The notes beneath the pieces were generated by a model. The model did no database searches and was not told where the DNA came from. It was given only the letters and a program-made list of their open reading frames with translations. The position numbers and the translations under genes are program-made. DNA of 60,458 nucleotides from IMG/VR virus record IMGVR_UViG_3300045988_036809. One strand, 5' to 3'. Numbering within the stretch: position 1 is the stretch's first letter; every line of letters starts with the position of its first letter. The DNA is from a virus. Positions 35,248 through 44,891 of the stretch are shown here, piece by piece.

Positions 35248-35670
35248 CTACGCTTCACGAACAACAATCAAATTACTGTTCTGAACCTCAATAGCCTGTG
35301 TAGATGTATTTTGCACCGCTACTGTACTGCAACATCCGCAAGGTACGTCGATATATGCTTGCGCTGATACGTTGAACAGATTTTCAACCGCTGCCGGTGT
35401 TACAACCATTCTTGTTGATTGTAAAGGCTCGCCATCTACCGCAAGTGCAAGCGAAATAGCTTCTACCGTACCGCCTGTTGGGATTTGAATGTTTCCGGAA
35501 TACGATGCAAGGAATCTTGCTCTGCATTGATTTGTGATTCCTCTCAACTTGACAATACCACTTCCCTGTCTATGAACAATGCACTTGCTACCACATACAG
35601 GTGTTTCTGTCAAAGCGACATCTTCTCCGGCTGCAACAGTTTGTAATGCAATTCCTGTAAATTCTGCCAT
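35248..35670 (-). CDS. Small all-beta protein; pattern resembles BclA-C/C1q-TNF-like jelly-roll domains
   Basis: Alternating hydrophobic beta pattern, CGCC motif, 140 aa. The resemblance is by eye only. Confidence 0.35.
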   Translation of the reverse strand: MAEFTGIALQTVAAGEDVALTETPVCGSKCIVHRQGSGIVKLRGITNQCRARFLASYSGNIQIPTGGTVEAISLALAVDGEPLQSTRMVVTPAAVENLFNVSAQAYIDVPCGCCSTVAVQNTSTQAIEVQNSNLIVVREA

Positions 35671-35684
35671 AATAATATTCCTCC

Positions 35685-35897
35685 TTACTTCAATTCGCTT
35701 ATTGATTTTGGAACGTTGGTTTCAGAATCACCCTTACCTGATTTAATGGTTTCAACCAAGGTTTCCATATAGTCTTTTTTTGAAAGCTTATCCATCGTTT
35801 CTGTGATTTCAGAAACAGTTTTAAGCTCATTTACACTAAGCTTTTCAAAATCAATCTTCTTGATCGCTTCGATAAATTTCTCTTTGATTTCATCCAT
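35685..35897 (-). CDS. Hypothetical protein
   Basis: Start at MDEIKEKF. Confidence 0.4.
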   Translation of the reverse strand: MDEIKEKFIEAIKKIDFEKLSVNELKTVSEITETMDKLSKKDYMETLVETIKSGKGDSETNVPKSISELK

Positions 35898-36024
35898 ATT
35901 GTTACATCTTCCTATCCATAAAATAAGGGCAAACATTATAGTCTGCCCTTGGTTTATAAGTAATACTGCATAGCAGACATAATCGAATTAAACTCAATTA
36001 AGATACTCAATTATTCTGTTGTGA

Positions 36025-36807
36025 TTAGCATCCGCAACTCTGATTGCATCCGCATCCGTATGGCACATATGTGTTTGGGTTAGGAACAACATACGCCGGG
36101 ATTGCGGTTGGATTTACAGAATTGATAATCTGACTTGTCTGTGCTGTCATTGCAGTAGTCAGAAGTGCGTTCTGTCTATCCTGTGAAGCAGAAAGTTCAA
36201 GTTTCTGCACCTTATCTCTCAAATCCGCATTTTCTTTTGTGCATAAATAGTCAAGGATTGCTCTCGTTCCTGCCTGCTGGCTGTCGATAATATCTCTTGT
36301 GTTGTTATTCATTGCGTTCTGCAATGCACAAGTGTTAGTTGCCATATTGTAGTTTACGCCCTGAATAGCTTCACGAGTTTCACAGCAACAGTTTGCAAGC
36401 TGTGCCTGCAATGCATTTGTGTTCTGCATATTTGCGATTGTGTCAGCGTTGATTGCCTGCTGGATGCCATAGCCTGTCTGCATGATATTGGTGTTGATTC
36501 CGTTGAAACCTGTAAGCATACTGTTGTTTACAGCATAGAATCCATCGCACAGACCGTTTGTGATTCCATCAAGTTTGCTGATAACAGCCTGATTGTCAAA
36601 TCCGCGCTGAATTGCGCTGTCTGTATAAGCGGCGGATGTAGAACCCATTCCATTTCCATTTCCCCATCCGTTGTTGCCAAAACCGCCCCAACCGAAGATA
36701 AGAAGAATGACAATCCACCATGCGCCATTGCCCCACATACCATCATTGTCTCTGTTGTTGCCTGTTACTGCCGCGATGTCAGCAAGGCTTACTCCGTTAC
36801 TAAACAT
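36025..36807 (-). CDS. Membrane-anchored Gly/Asn/Trp-rich, Cys-motif protein of unknown function
   Basis: TM AWWIVILLIFGW flanked by GNG/WGN runs. Asn/Gln-rich body with a CCCE motif. C-terminal YGCGCNQSCGC. Confidence 0.55.
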   Translation of the reverse strand: MFSNGVSLADIAAVTGNNRDNDGMWGNGAWWIVILLIFGWGGFGNNGWGNGNGMGSTSAAYTDSAIQRGFDNQAVISKLDGITNGLCDGFYAVNNSMLTGFNGINTNIMQTGYGIQQAINADTIANMQNTNALQAQLANCCCETREAIQGVNYNMATNTCALQNAMNNNTRDIIDSQQAGTRAILDYLCTKENADLRDKVQKLELSASQDRQNALLTTAMTAQTSQIINSVNPTAIPAYVVPNPNTYVPYGCGCNQSCGC

Positions 36808-36891
36808 ATTAGTTTACCTCCATTTGTTTATTTACAAATAGGGAACCTTGGTTTTTACTCTGTCCGGACAAAACCCTAATATGTACTAGAT

Positions 36892-37122
36892 TTATCTAAA
36901 CATTTGATTTATGTCGTTCATGCTGATTCCATTTTCGCCCATAAAGTTATTAAGCGTTTGCTCCACTCCAGCCATATTGCCGGATTGAATATTTTGCAAA
37001 ATGCTACTTGCCATCTGGTTTCCTTGACTTGCCGCATTTTGAAGGCTTTGCATAGCCGCCTGTTGCGGATTTTTGATTGCCTTTAATTTATTTATTGCCT
37101 GCATAATTCCTTGATTCATCAT
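36892..37122 (-). CDS. Small Gln/Asn-rich protein
   Basis: ORF only. Confidence 0.45.
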   Translation of the reverse strand: MMNQGIMQAINKLKAIKNPQQAAMQSLQNAASQGNQMASSILQNIQSGNMAGVEQTLNNFMGENGISMNDINQMFR

Positions 37123-37172
37123 AAAACCACCATCCTATTACTTTTTATGACTAATATATGACTAAACTAAGA

Positions 37173-37658
37173 CTAATCTTGACTAACTTTTGTTCTTGCA
37201 TTAGTCTTAGTCAAAGATTTCTCGTCAATTTTCTTTTCAAGTTCTTCCATCTTCGAAAACAATGTGTCAAAGTGCTTGTTAAATATCTCTGTGGCTTCGT
37301 CTGATAGCCCTATTTTCAATTTTTCTGTATCTTGTGATAACTTGTTATGGTTATCATTTTGAATCGGTTTAAAAACCATTGTAGAGATTGTTCCATCTGC
37401 GCTCCATTGCTTCGCGTAAATCTCCGACAAGTCACTCTTTGGGAAAAATGCAACGCTTCCATTCATCGGAACATCATTGGCAACGATAGAATCTTGTGAC
37501 TGCACGACTTTACCGAATATTCCCTGTTGAATCTGCTCCGGCTGTTGCTGTTGCTGGAATCTCTGAATGTTCTGCATAGGGTTATACGCCTGTTGATATT
37601 GTTGATACTGTGGCGCATAACTATTCACCTGTGGCATCTGATACGGATTCATCTGCAT
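37173..37658 (-). CDS. Protein with Gln-rich (PQ/YQQ) N-terminus
   Basis: MQMNPYQMPQVNSYAPQYQQYQQAYNPMQNIQRFQQQQQPEQIQQ, then a globular part. Confidence 0.5.
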   Translation of the reverse strand: MQMNPYQMPQVNSYAPQYQQYQQAYNPMQNIQRFQQQQQPEQIQQGIFGKVVQSQDSIVANDVPMNGSVAFFPKSDLSEIYAKQWSADGTISTMVFKPIQNDNHNKLSQDTEKLKIGLSDEATEIFNKHFDTLFSKMEELEKKIDEKSLTKTNARTKVSQD

Positions 37659-37947
37659 TTTGCTTTTCCTCCTCGTCCATAATGTTTTCGATCGCGTGAA
37701 CGACCGCCGATTGTGTATTTAAGTCCAGCTTCATAATTGCTGGATGCGCAAATATTTTTGTTAAAATCTCGTCCGTAAACATAAAGTATCACTCCTTTAT
37801 GATTTAATTTTTGCATAAAAAAAGACGCTTAAAGCGACAAATATATGACACTTTAGCGACATCGAAATAAATTATTATATTAAAAAGTGTAGTAAATACG
37901 GCGTATCAGAACGTACTATATGCCATACCCACGGCGTATAGTAGGTG

Positions 37948-39312
37948 CTAAAAATTCTTTAATTGAATTTCCACATTTCCGTTGACTATAATTATCTTGT
38001 CTATTATAGTCTTTAATATCTTGTTTTTAGCTGGCTTGTCGATGTCGTCCCAAACATCGGCAAGTTTTTTAATATTCTCGTAAACAAATTGCTTTTTCGG
38101 ATTGTTGTCTCCGGACTTTTGTTCTTCCTTGATTGAATCGTCGAGGTTTTTTACTTTTGATTCCTGATCTTTTATCATATCTAAGACTGTATCGTTTCCG
38201 TCGGCGTATAATTCATACAGCCGTTTCAATTTTGATTTTTCCTTATCTAACTGCGACTGCATTATGTCTATCTTATTTTCTTTTTCTTTTGGCTTATATT
38301 TTGACAGATTTACAGATATTTTCAGCATTTCCGATTCAACAATATTCTCGATATTATCCGCCCATTCTATAGAGTTATCGCAATCGTTGTTAAAGTTCGG
38401 AAGATAGTACAAATCCTTATTCCGTGAGCAGCAATAAATCTTTCTAACTCCATTCGTCCATTTTTGATAACGCATCTTGCAACCGCAAACTCCACAATAG
38501 CACAGACCTGTAAGCATATTGGGAGTAAGGTTTTGGCAATAAGATTTTTTGCTTCTTCTTGATTTTCTTATTTGCTGTGCCATCTCAAACTTATCTTTAT
38601 CAAAAATAGGTTCGTGAAGTCCTTGGTATATGTTCCCTTTATACGGAATCATCCCTATGTTTACAACACCTGTCAATATGCTTCTTACAACCAATTCGCT
38701 TGTATATCCTAAAATTCTTTGAATCGCTACATCGGAATTTCCGGCGATAAACAAATCAATAGCCTTGTTCGCTTGTTCTGCTCGTTCCGGAATTGGTATC
38801 AATATGCCTTTTTCTTTGCTGTATGTATAACAATAAGGCGTATTCCCTCCACCCATCCAATACCCTTGTTTGACACGTTCCAGCATTCCTCCACGCATAC
38901 GAAGCATCATAGTATTCTTATCAAGCTGTGCAAATACAGCCATCATTTGAGTATATGCCTGCTCCATCGGACTGTCATAAGATATTGAATCGTGAACGCA
39001 CTTAAATTGCACGTTGTTGGGTTGAAAAACTCTTTCAATCATGTATATTCCGTCAACCATACTTCTTGACAATCTATCAAGTTTGAATGCGACAACACAT
39101 TTCACACGTTTTCTGCCGCAATCGTTTATTAGCCTTTGCAACTCCGGCCTATTCATATTAGCACCGGTATATCCGTCATCAATGTACCAATCAGAAATAA
39201 TCAATTCGTTTTTTCTACAATACAATTCTATGTCTCGCTTTTGGCTTTCAAGTCCGTTTCCTTCTTCTGCCTGTTTTTCTGTCGAGACACGCATGTATGC
39301 AACACATTCCAT
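37948..39312 (-). CDS. Large serine recombinase (integrase)
   Basis: YMRVSTEKQ..FKLDRLSRS resolvase domain, recombinase domain, zinc ribbon CYCGVCGCKM, C-terminal coiled coil. 454 aa. Confidence 0.9.
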   Translation of the reverse strand: MECVAYMRVSTEKQAEEGNGLESQKRDIELYCRKNELIISDWYIDDGYTGANMNRPELQRLINDCGRKRVKCVVAFKLDRLSRSMVDGIYMIERVFQPNNVQFKCVHDSISYDSPMEQAYTQMMAVFAQLDKNTMMLRMRGGMLERVKQGYWMGGGNTPYCYTYSKEKGILIPIPERAEQANKAIDLFIAGNSDVAIQRILGYTSELVVRSILTGVVNIGMIPYKGNIYQGLHEPIFDKDKFEMAQQIRKSRRSKKSYCQNLTPNMLTGLCYCGVCGCKMRYQKWTNGVRKIYCCSRNKDLYYLPNFNNDCDNSIEWADNIENIVESEMLKISVNLSKYKPKEKENKIDIMQSQLDKEKSKLKRLYELYADGNDTVLDMIKDQESKVKNLDDSIKEEQKSGDNNPKKQFVYENIKKLADVWDDIDKPAKNKILKTIIDKIIIVNGNVEIQLKNF

Positions 39313-39468
39313 TTTTTATACCTCCTATCAAAAATGTGCCGCATTACTACACTTGCGACACATTTTAGTTCATTCTTTATTTACTGTCAATCGCTTCTGC
39401 AATCATCCTTAACACTTCATCTGGCAATTCAATATTTTCAACATCAATCTCCTTACCCTCGATGGTTA

Positions 39469-39690
39469 CTATAACCATTTATCACCATCTCCTTCAACAC
39501 GAGATATCTTGTCTCGTATGCAACTAATTTTCCTGTTTACTGTCCTGTCGCATATAGACATCCTATATGCTATTTCCGATATTGTGCTTCCCCGACACAA
39601 CATTCTAAAAATCTGTTCTTCTTCGTCCGTAAAGTTTGCTTTAGTAAGAATCCCCTCAATTTCCGGCTTAGTAAGTCTACTAAACTTCAT
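39469..39690 (-). CDS. Sigma-70 region 4 / LuxR-type HTH regulator
   Basis: EEEQIFRMLCRGSTISEIAYRMSICDRTVNRKISCIRDKI. Confidence 0.6.
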   Translation of the reverse strand: MKFSRLTKPEIEGILTKANFTDEEEQIFRMLCRGSTISEIAYRMSICDRTVNRKISCIRDKISRVEGDGDKWL

Positions 39691-39704
39691 AAGCCATTTC
39701 TCCT

Positions 39705-40313
39705 TTAATATTTAATAAATAATGCCTTGTTACTCTTTCTTAGATAGTCTCTGTTTGCTTTCTTTGCTTTTTCGCAATTCATCTGATAGTGAATTTCGCA
39801 AATTTTATATCCGTCTTTAACAGGTCGGTCGCACCAAATGCACAATCCGCCTTTCTCTCTTTCATCTCTTAATGTTTTAGGTTTTGTCCTGCTGTTCTTT
39901 TTATTCCGGCAATTATTACATGTAACGTATCTTTTTTCTTTATTTGTTTTACCACAAACAGGGCATAAACCCTGTTCTTTTCTCCTGTCATAAATAGATT
40001 TATGATAGGAAGATATAGAATTGTTATACGATTCCCTATCTAATTCTCTTTTTAATTCTGCTTTTTCTGCATTCTTTGCTCTGCATTCAACGCATGTTTT
40101 TTCTTGCCCCATAAGCTTATTTTTTTTACATCGCGGGCAATATCCGTGATCTCTATACCAATTTCGCGTCTCCGTTTGATTTATAACGTCTTTTTTCGCA
40201 CATTCAGAACACACGGCTTTATTAGGTCGATCATTGATTTTCCCACATTGACCGCATCTTCCCTCTGCAATATTTTTATGATATGTACTACTCATAGTTT
40301 TAAAGGATAGCAA
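39705..40313 (-). CDS. Multi zinc-ribbon protein (four CxxC...CxxC units)
   Basis: CGQCG..CSEC, CPRC..CVEC, CPVCG..CNNC, CIWC..CEIH. Confidence 0.5.
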   Translation of the reverse strand: MLSFKTMSSTYHKNIAEGRCGQCGKINDRPNKAVCSECAKKDVINQTETRNWYRDHGYCPRCKKNKLMGQEKTCVECRAKNAEKAELKRELDRESYNNSISSYHKSIYDRRKEQGLCPVCGKTNKEKRYVTCNNCRNKKNSRTKPKTLRDEREKGGLCIWCDRPVKDGYKICEIHYQMNCEKAKKANRDYLRKSNKALFIKY

Positions 40314-40362
40314 ATCGCGATTTATGTCCGGACAAATCTATCTGCCTCCTTTCTCTGAATTT

Positions 40363-40599
40363 TTACTCTTTCTTCCGCATAACCAATTCATAATCGGAAT
40401 CCGGGTATGTGATTGAATACTCTGTGCGCTTTCCGTGTTCATTTTCCATGTTACCAATAAACCATTCATATACAGCAGCTATAACATCATCTGTAACATC
40501 TGTTTTATCGCCAACCCACATCTGTTTTTCTGTGTCTTGCGTTCCATAAAAAATTTTGTTTGTGATTGGGCTTACTCCAAATCCTTTTTTTCTCGCCAT
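40363..40599 (-). CDS. Hypothetical protein
   Basis: Start set at MARKKGFG. Confidence 0.4.
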   Translation of the reverse strand: MARKKGFGVSPITNKIFYGTQDTEKQMWVGDKTDVTDDVIAAVYEWFIGNMENEHGKRTEYSITYPDSDYELVMRKKE

Positions 40600-40635
40600 C
40601 TTCAAAACTCCTTTCTTAATCATCATCCATAAATA

Positions 40636-41388
40636 CTACCTCAATCTGTAATTGCCACTTTCTTTGAACTCGACCACATAACCCTTAGACATCTCAATGA
40701 TTCTGCTACCGATTGCTTCATCCACAGCAAGTAAATCCTTCGGATATTTCTCTGTCGAAACGATCATAGGTAACCGCTTCAAGTATCTGTGATTGATAAG
40801 CTCGTACATGATATTTTTATCGCTGTCTGTGCTTCTACCCTTGAATAAATCGTCAATGAACAGAACACTCACATTCTTCATGCGGTTTATCTCTTCTGAA
40901 TACTCCACGTTGTCTGTAATATTCTGCTTCAACCTTGTAATTGCATCCCGGTAACTCACATACTGAACAGGTGTGCCATTCTTGATAAGCTGGTTAGCAA
41001 CGCAAAAGCCTAACATTGTCTTTCCTCTTCCCGGAAGTCCGGTAAGTAATAAACTGTTATTTTTCTGATATCGTTGCATCGGCAAATCCTTGCAATACTT
41101 AGCAGCGGTTGCTTTCGCAATCTGTAATTCCTGTTCGTTAAATGTCTGAAAATCATTAAATCTGACATTCACATCTTCCGCATCAATTCCGCTTGCACGC
41201 ATCAATCTACGATATACGGTTTGCGCCATGCAATCACAATCTCTTGCTACTGACCGGCCATCTGAATCCTTAACAATTACAATGTGTGTGTCTTTGCAGA
41301 TAGGGCATTTATAGTCCGGTTTGAAATTTCTGCTTGCGCTCTCTGCTCGCATCCGTCGTAGTTCATCAACCATTCCCATCTGATTCAC
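40636..41388 (-). CDS. DnaC/IstB-like helicase loader ATPase with N-terminal zinc finger
   Basis: Walker A LLLTGLPGRGKTML, Walker B VLFIDDL, CPICKDTH. Confidence 0.8.
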   Translation of the reverse strand: MNQMGMVDELRRMRAESASRNFKPDYKCPICKDTHIVIVKDSDGRSVARDCDCMAQTVYRRLMRASGIDAEDVNVRFNDFQTFNEQELQIAKATAAKYCKDLPMQRYQKNNSLLLTGLPGRGKTMLGFCVANQLIKNGTPVQYVSYRDAITRLKQNITDNVEYSEEINRMKNVSVLFIDDLFKGRSTDSDKNIMYELINHRYLKRLPMIVSTEKYPKDLLAVDEAIGSRIIEMSKGYVVEFKESGNYRLR

Positions 41389-41665
41389 ACTCCCTTATAA
41401 TTTCTACCGCCCTGATGAGTCCTGCTGAAAACGTATTTTCATTTTCGGAAATAGCAACTTCTCTTGCGTATTTATCAAAGTTTTCACAGGATATATCTGC
41501 TTCTGCGTTCAAATTTCCGATTACTCGATTTACGTTGATTGCTGTTGGAATTTCTCTTATATGCGTCAAAATGCTTTTGCCATTGACTTGCATATTATCA
41601 ATACGTAAGTCGCGCAAAAGTCTCATTATAGATTTTCGAGTAATTAAATCATTCATTTTCTCCAC
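41366..41665 (-). CDS. Hypothetical protein
   Basis: ORF in a co-oriented early operon. Confidence 0.4.
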   Translation of the reverse strand: MEKMNDLITRKSIMRLLRDLRIDNMQVNGKSILTHIREIPTAINVNRVIGNLNAEADISCENFDKYAREVAISENENTFSAGLIRAVEIIRECESDGNG

Positions 41666-41915
41666 CGCCCTTTATAATCTCGATCGCATCATCCAAATTA
41701 ACTACAAGTTCTCCTCCCATGCCGTCATTCCCAAAACGTTCGTATGATGCTTCCTTTAACTGCTCCAAAACCTTATCCACCTCATAAGCGGTCGGTTGAA
41801 TATCAATTATTTTACATAAATCAGCAAGTGGTACATAAGCATTACCATCTTCATGCAATATGACGAAATCTCCAACATTGTAAATATTATCTGCATCAAT
41901 CAATCTCATTTTCAT
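41649..41915 (-). CDS. Hypothetical protein
   Basis: ORF in a co-oriented early operon. Confidence 0.4.
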   Translation of the reverse strand: MKMRLIDADNIYNVGDFVILHEDGNAYVPLADLCKIIDIQPTAYEVDKVLEQLKEASYERFGNDGMGGELVVNLDDAIEIIKGGGENE

Positions 41916-42183
41916 CCCTCCAATCTAACTTTTGACCACACTGGTGGCAGTACTTTAAATCGCTTCTAACTATTCTTCTTTCACATACCGGGCATAGCCA
42001 TAATGCCGCATAACCTAAATTTGCGATATATATCGGTTTCTTCGGTATATGCTTTTCAAGTGCCTGTATTGCCATTTCATAAGCATTTTCAAAAGAACAT
42101 CCCCATGAAGTATCACAAGGGATTGCTTTACCAAGTTCATTACAATCATATTTCAGTTCTTCAATAGCTTCACTCTCTGTCAT
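41896..42183 (-). CDS. Hypothetical zinc-ribbon protein
   Basis: CPVCERR..CHQCGQKL. Start set at MTESEAIE to remove overlap. Confidence 0.4.
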   Translation of the reverse strand: MTESEAIEELKYDCNELGKAIPCDTSWGCSFENAYEMAIQALEKHIPKKPIYIANLGYAALWLCPVCERRIVRSDLKYCHQCGQKLDWRDENEID

Positions 42184-42184
42184 A

Positions 42185-42370
42185 TTATCCCTCGCTTTCT
42201 TCAATACAAAAATTCCAAAACCACCGAAATGCTTTAATAATTTGTTCTTTAGTCGTTCCATTGTGTGTTGGCATTTCTAAGAACATTTTTAATGCTTCAA
42301 TTTTTTCATCTTCTGAATATTTTTCAGAATTTATGTTATGAACTATTGCACAAGCAACTCCTATATTCAT
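42185..42370 (-). CDS. Hypothetical protein
   Basis: ORF only. Confidence 0.35.
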   Translation of the reverse strand: MNIGVACAIVHNINSEKYSEDEKIEALKMFLEMPTHNGTTKEQIIKAFRWFWNFCIEESEG

Positions 42371-42829
42371 TTAATTTCCCTCGCTTTCTAATAATTTGGG
42401 GTTGTCAAATATATTGCCGACAATTTCAAAATATTTTATATCTTCCGAATGTTCCGACAATTCACAAATAGGTAATATGCATTTAAGATGATCATTAAAT
42501 ATTCCAACAGCCCATGCAAAATGCTCAAACTTAATAGTACCAACGTATTCCTCAGAAATTACAGACGGGACATATTCTTCTTGATATACAGAATTATAAT
42601 CTATGTAAAATCCTTTTTTTACAACATCATTCTCCAAAATCAGCTTTCCATTCTTGTCTTTTAAGCCTGTGCATTGGCAGATTGTGGATGGGTCTACTTC
42701 AATCATATTGGGAACATCATTTGTCATCCCCCAAAGAATATATCTCTTTTCCCAAATGCCATATAAATAGCCTTGCACCCATTCTCCGTTATCAACTCTC
42801 TTTGCCTTGAATAAATATCTATCTTCCAT
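42371..42829 (-). CDS. YopX-family protein
   Basis: YLFKAKRVDNGEWVQGYL...CQCTGLKDKNGKLILENDVV. Confidence 0.65.
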   Translation of the reverse strand: MEDRYLFKAKRVDNGEWVQGYLYGIWEKRYILWGMTNDVPNMIEVDPSTICQCTGLKDKNGKLILENDVVKKGFYIDYNSVYQEEYVPSVISEEYVGTIKFEHFAWAVGIFNDHLKCILPICELSEHSEDIKYFEIVGNIFDNPKLLESEGN

Positions 42830-42837
42830 GTTCTCTC

Positions 42838-43050
42838 CTATTCTGCTTCTGACTGAAGCCATTCTTTCCAGCATTTAGAACATTCCGTTTTTTCACAGCA
42901 ACAATCGCACGGAATGTCCGCATACTGTGAGGAAATACCATCTTCTCCGACAATATCTAAAAACTCTGCTAACTCTTCATCCGACATATTCCTTATTCTG
43001 TCGGCTTTGGTCTGTGACTTTGCTTTTCCAATATCACTCATATTCTCCAC
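42838..43050 (-). CDS. Hypothetical Cys-rich protein
   Basis: ORF only. Confidence 0.35.
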   Translation of the reverse strand: MENMSDIGKAKSQTKADRIRNMSDEELAEFLDIVGEDGISSQYADIPCDCCCEKTECSKCWKEWLQSEAE

Positions 43051-43053
43051 CTC

Positions 43054-43575
43054 TCAATTCTTAATAATTTCTTCTATCTTTTGTCTGATACATTCATCAA
43101 AAACAGAAACAATTTTTAACACATTTGCTGGATAAGAATATTGAATATATTCCCATACATTGTCGTAACTGCTCTCTTCTTCAAATACTCTTATAAATTC
43201 ATCATCTGTATGTGGATAACCACACCATTCTATTTCCTCAAATATTCGATCAAGTTCTTTCTTTTCGCTATCATCGTCTGCATATTCATAAAATATTTTT
43301 TTGGTTTCTTCATAGTCAAAAACATCAGGACTTCCATATATTTTATCTAGGATATACCCCTCATCACACCTCGCCATAAGTTCAAGGAAACTCTCACTTT
43401 TCGGTGTTTCTACCCATTTATATCCGTAATTGCCACAATCAGAAGTGATGGTGAGTTCGTACCGATCAAGATTAAATGTAAATCTCGCCCACAAACATGA
43501 ACCATAGTCCTTATCTTCTTTTTCTTGCCTGTATTCCAGACAAAGCATGTTAGGTTTCACTATATTTACGGTCAT
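43054..43575 (-). CDS. Hypothetical protein
   Basis: ORF only. Confidence 0.45.
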   Translation of the reverse strand: MTVNIVKPNMLCLEYRQEKEDKDYGSCLWARFTFNLDRYELTITSDCGNYGYKWVETPKSESFLELMARCDEGYILDKIYGSPDVFDYEETKKIFYEYADDDSEKKELDRIFEEIEWCGYPHTDDEFIRVFEEESSYDNVWEYIQYSYPANVLKIVSVFDECIRQKIEEIIKN

Positions 43576-43949
43576 TCATTCTCACCTCTCAATTCTTTCA
43601 GTTTTGCTTCTGCTTCGGATTTGCCTAGCTCTATGCCTGCGAGACATCCACTAGCGTATGCTTCCTCGTAGCACCTATCTATTGCTTTGTAAAATTCATC
43701 ACAAAATAATTCAGTAAGAGGGCATTCTGAACACTTGTAATCCTCGTGGTAGCATGCAGACTTTATATGAACACATTCTCTATGTCCTGTCGTGTCATCT
43801 TTCACCGGCAATTTTATAAGTCTGCCGTGTTCCTCTAAGTCTTCATATTCAGCTAATTTTTCCGCAGCTGATACATAATCGTGTTCTTTTACCCACACGC
43901 CAGATTCTCCATCCGGAACATTATCTATTCTTTCTGTCAATCTCTCCAT
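43572..43949 (-). CDS. Hypothetical protein
   Basis: ORF only. Confidence 0.4.
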   Translation of the reverse strand: MERLTERIDNVPDGESGVWVKEHDYVSAAEKLAEYEDLEEHGRLIKLPVKDDTTGHRECVHIKSACYHEDYKCSECPLTELFCDEFYKAIDRCYEEAYASGCLAGIELGKSEAEAKLKELRGENE

Positions 43950-43955
43950 ATCACA

Positions 43956-44867
43956 TCACTCTCCAAACATTTTATTTATTTCTTCGTCGCTCATAATCGG
44001 AACGCTCTGTTTTTGGCGTTCTGCAAGCGAATCTAACTGCATATCAGTTACGGATTTTTGACCTGATCTGTTTTGACCGTCTTTCTTGTCCGAATACTGA
44101 CCCTCTAAAACCTTTGGGAAGTTATTCGGTTTTACAAACCAATCAAATGTAATTACCCAAGGGCGTCGGCTATCACTCTTTCCTTGCAAGAAACTGCTAT
44201 CCTTAATGTTCTCAATTGCAGTTAAAACGTCGTCAAGTGAAAACTGTTTAATTCTCGCATTCAGCATCCGGCACCTGTTAGAACCGCTTGTCAATTTCTT
44301 GATTGACGCAATTCCGTATTTTTCAAGTTCGTTCCACTTATCCACAACACGTCTGAAATCTTGTGTCTGACATATAGTATCGTTAGATACTATATATATA
44401 TTCTTATCTTCTTTATTTCTTATATTCTTTATTTGTGGTTCGTCTGGTAGTCCGCCTGGTGGTTCGAGTGCTAGTTCGAGTGCTAGTTCGTCTGTTGGTT
44501 CAAGTGGTGGTTCGTGTGGTGGTTCGCCTTGTTTCTCTTGGTTCTGATAAACACAGTAATTTACTACGCTTACAAGTGTTCCTTTGTTGGTTCGTCTAGT
44601 GACTATCATATGTTCGCGCTCGAGCACATCCAAGTAACGCTTAACCTTGTTCCTAGACCACATCCAACGATCACACAATTTCTCTATACTAAGCATATAG
44701 GAACCACGCTTAATCGTCTCGATCTTTCCATCAATCATAAGATTTTTGTTTTGGTGTTCCATAAGAAGCAACAAGTCAATCCATGCGCTTCTTTTATCGA
44801 ATGGTTCTTTAATTCTCCATAAAAAACATTCCTGGATCTGCCTGTGAAGTTTTATCCATCCACTCAT
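43956..44867 (-). CDS. Replisome organiser / DnaD-like replication protein
   Basis: N-terminal WIKLHRQI...AWIDLLLL wHTH. Pro/Glu-rich linker. C-terminal DnaD-like domain (FRRVVDKWNEL..). Directly upstream of the module containing the DnaC-like loader. Confidence 0.65.
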   Translation of the reverse strand: MSGWIKLHRQIQECFLWRIKEPFDKRSAWIDLLLLMEHQNKNLMIDGKIETIKRGSYMLSIEKLCDRWMWSRNKVKRYLDVLEREHMIVTRRTNKGTLVSVVNYCVYQNQEKQGEPPHEPPLEPTDELALELALEPPGGLPDEPQIKNIRNKEDKNIYIVSNDTICQTQDFRRVVDKWNELEKYGIASIKKLTSGSNRCRMLNARIKQFSLDDVLTAIENIKDSSFLQGKSDSRRPWVITFDWFVKPNNFPKVLEGQYSDKKDGQNRSGQKSVTDMQLDSLAERQKQSVPIMSDEEINKMFGE

Positions 44868-44891
44868 AAAATCATCACTCCTCAAAGATTT

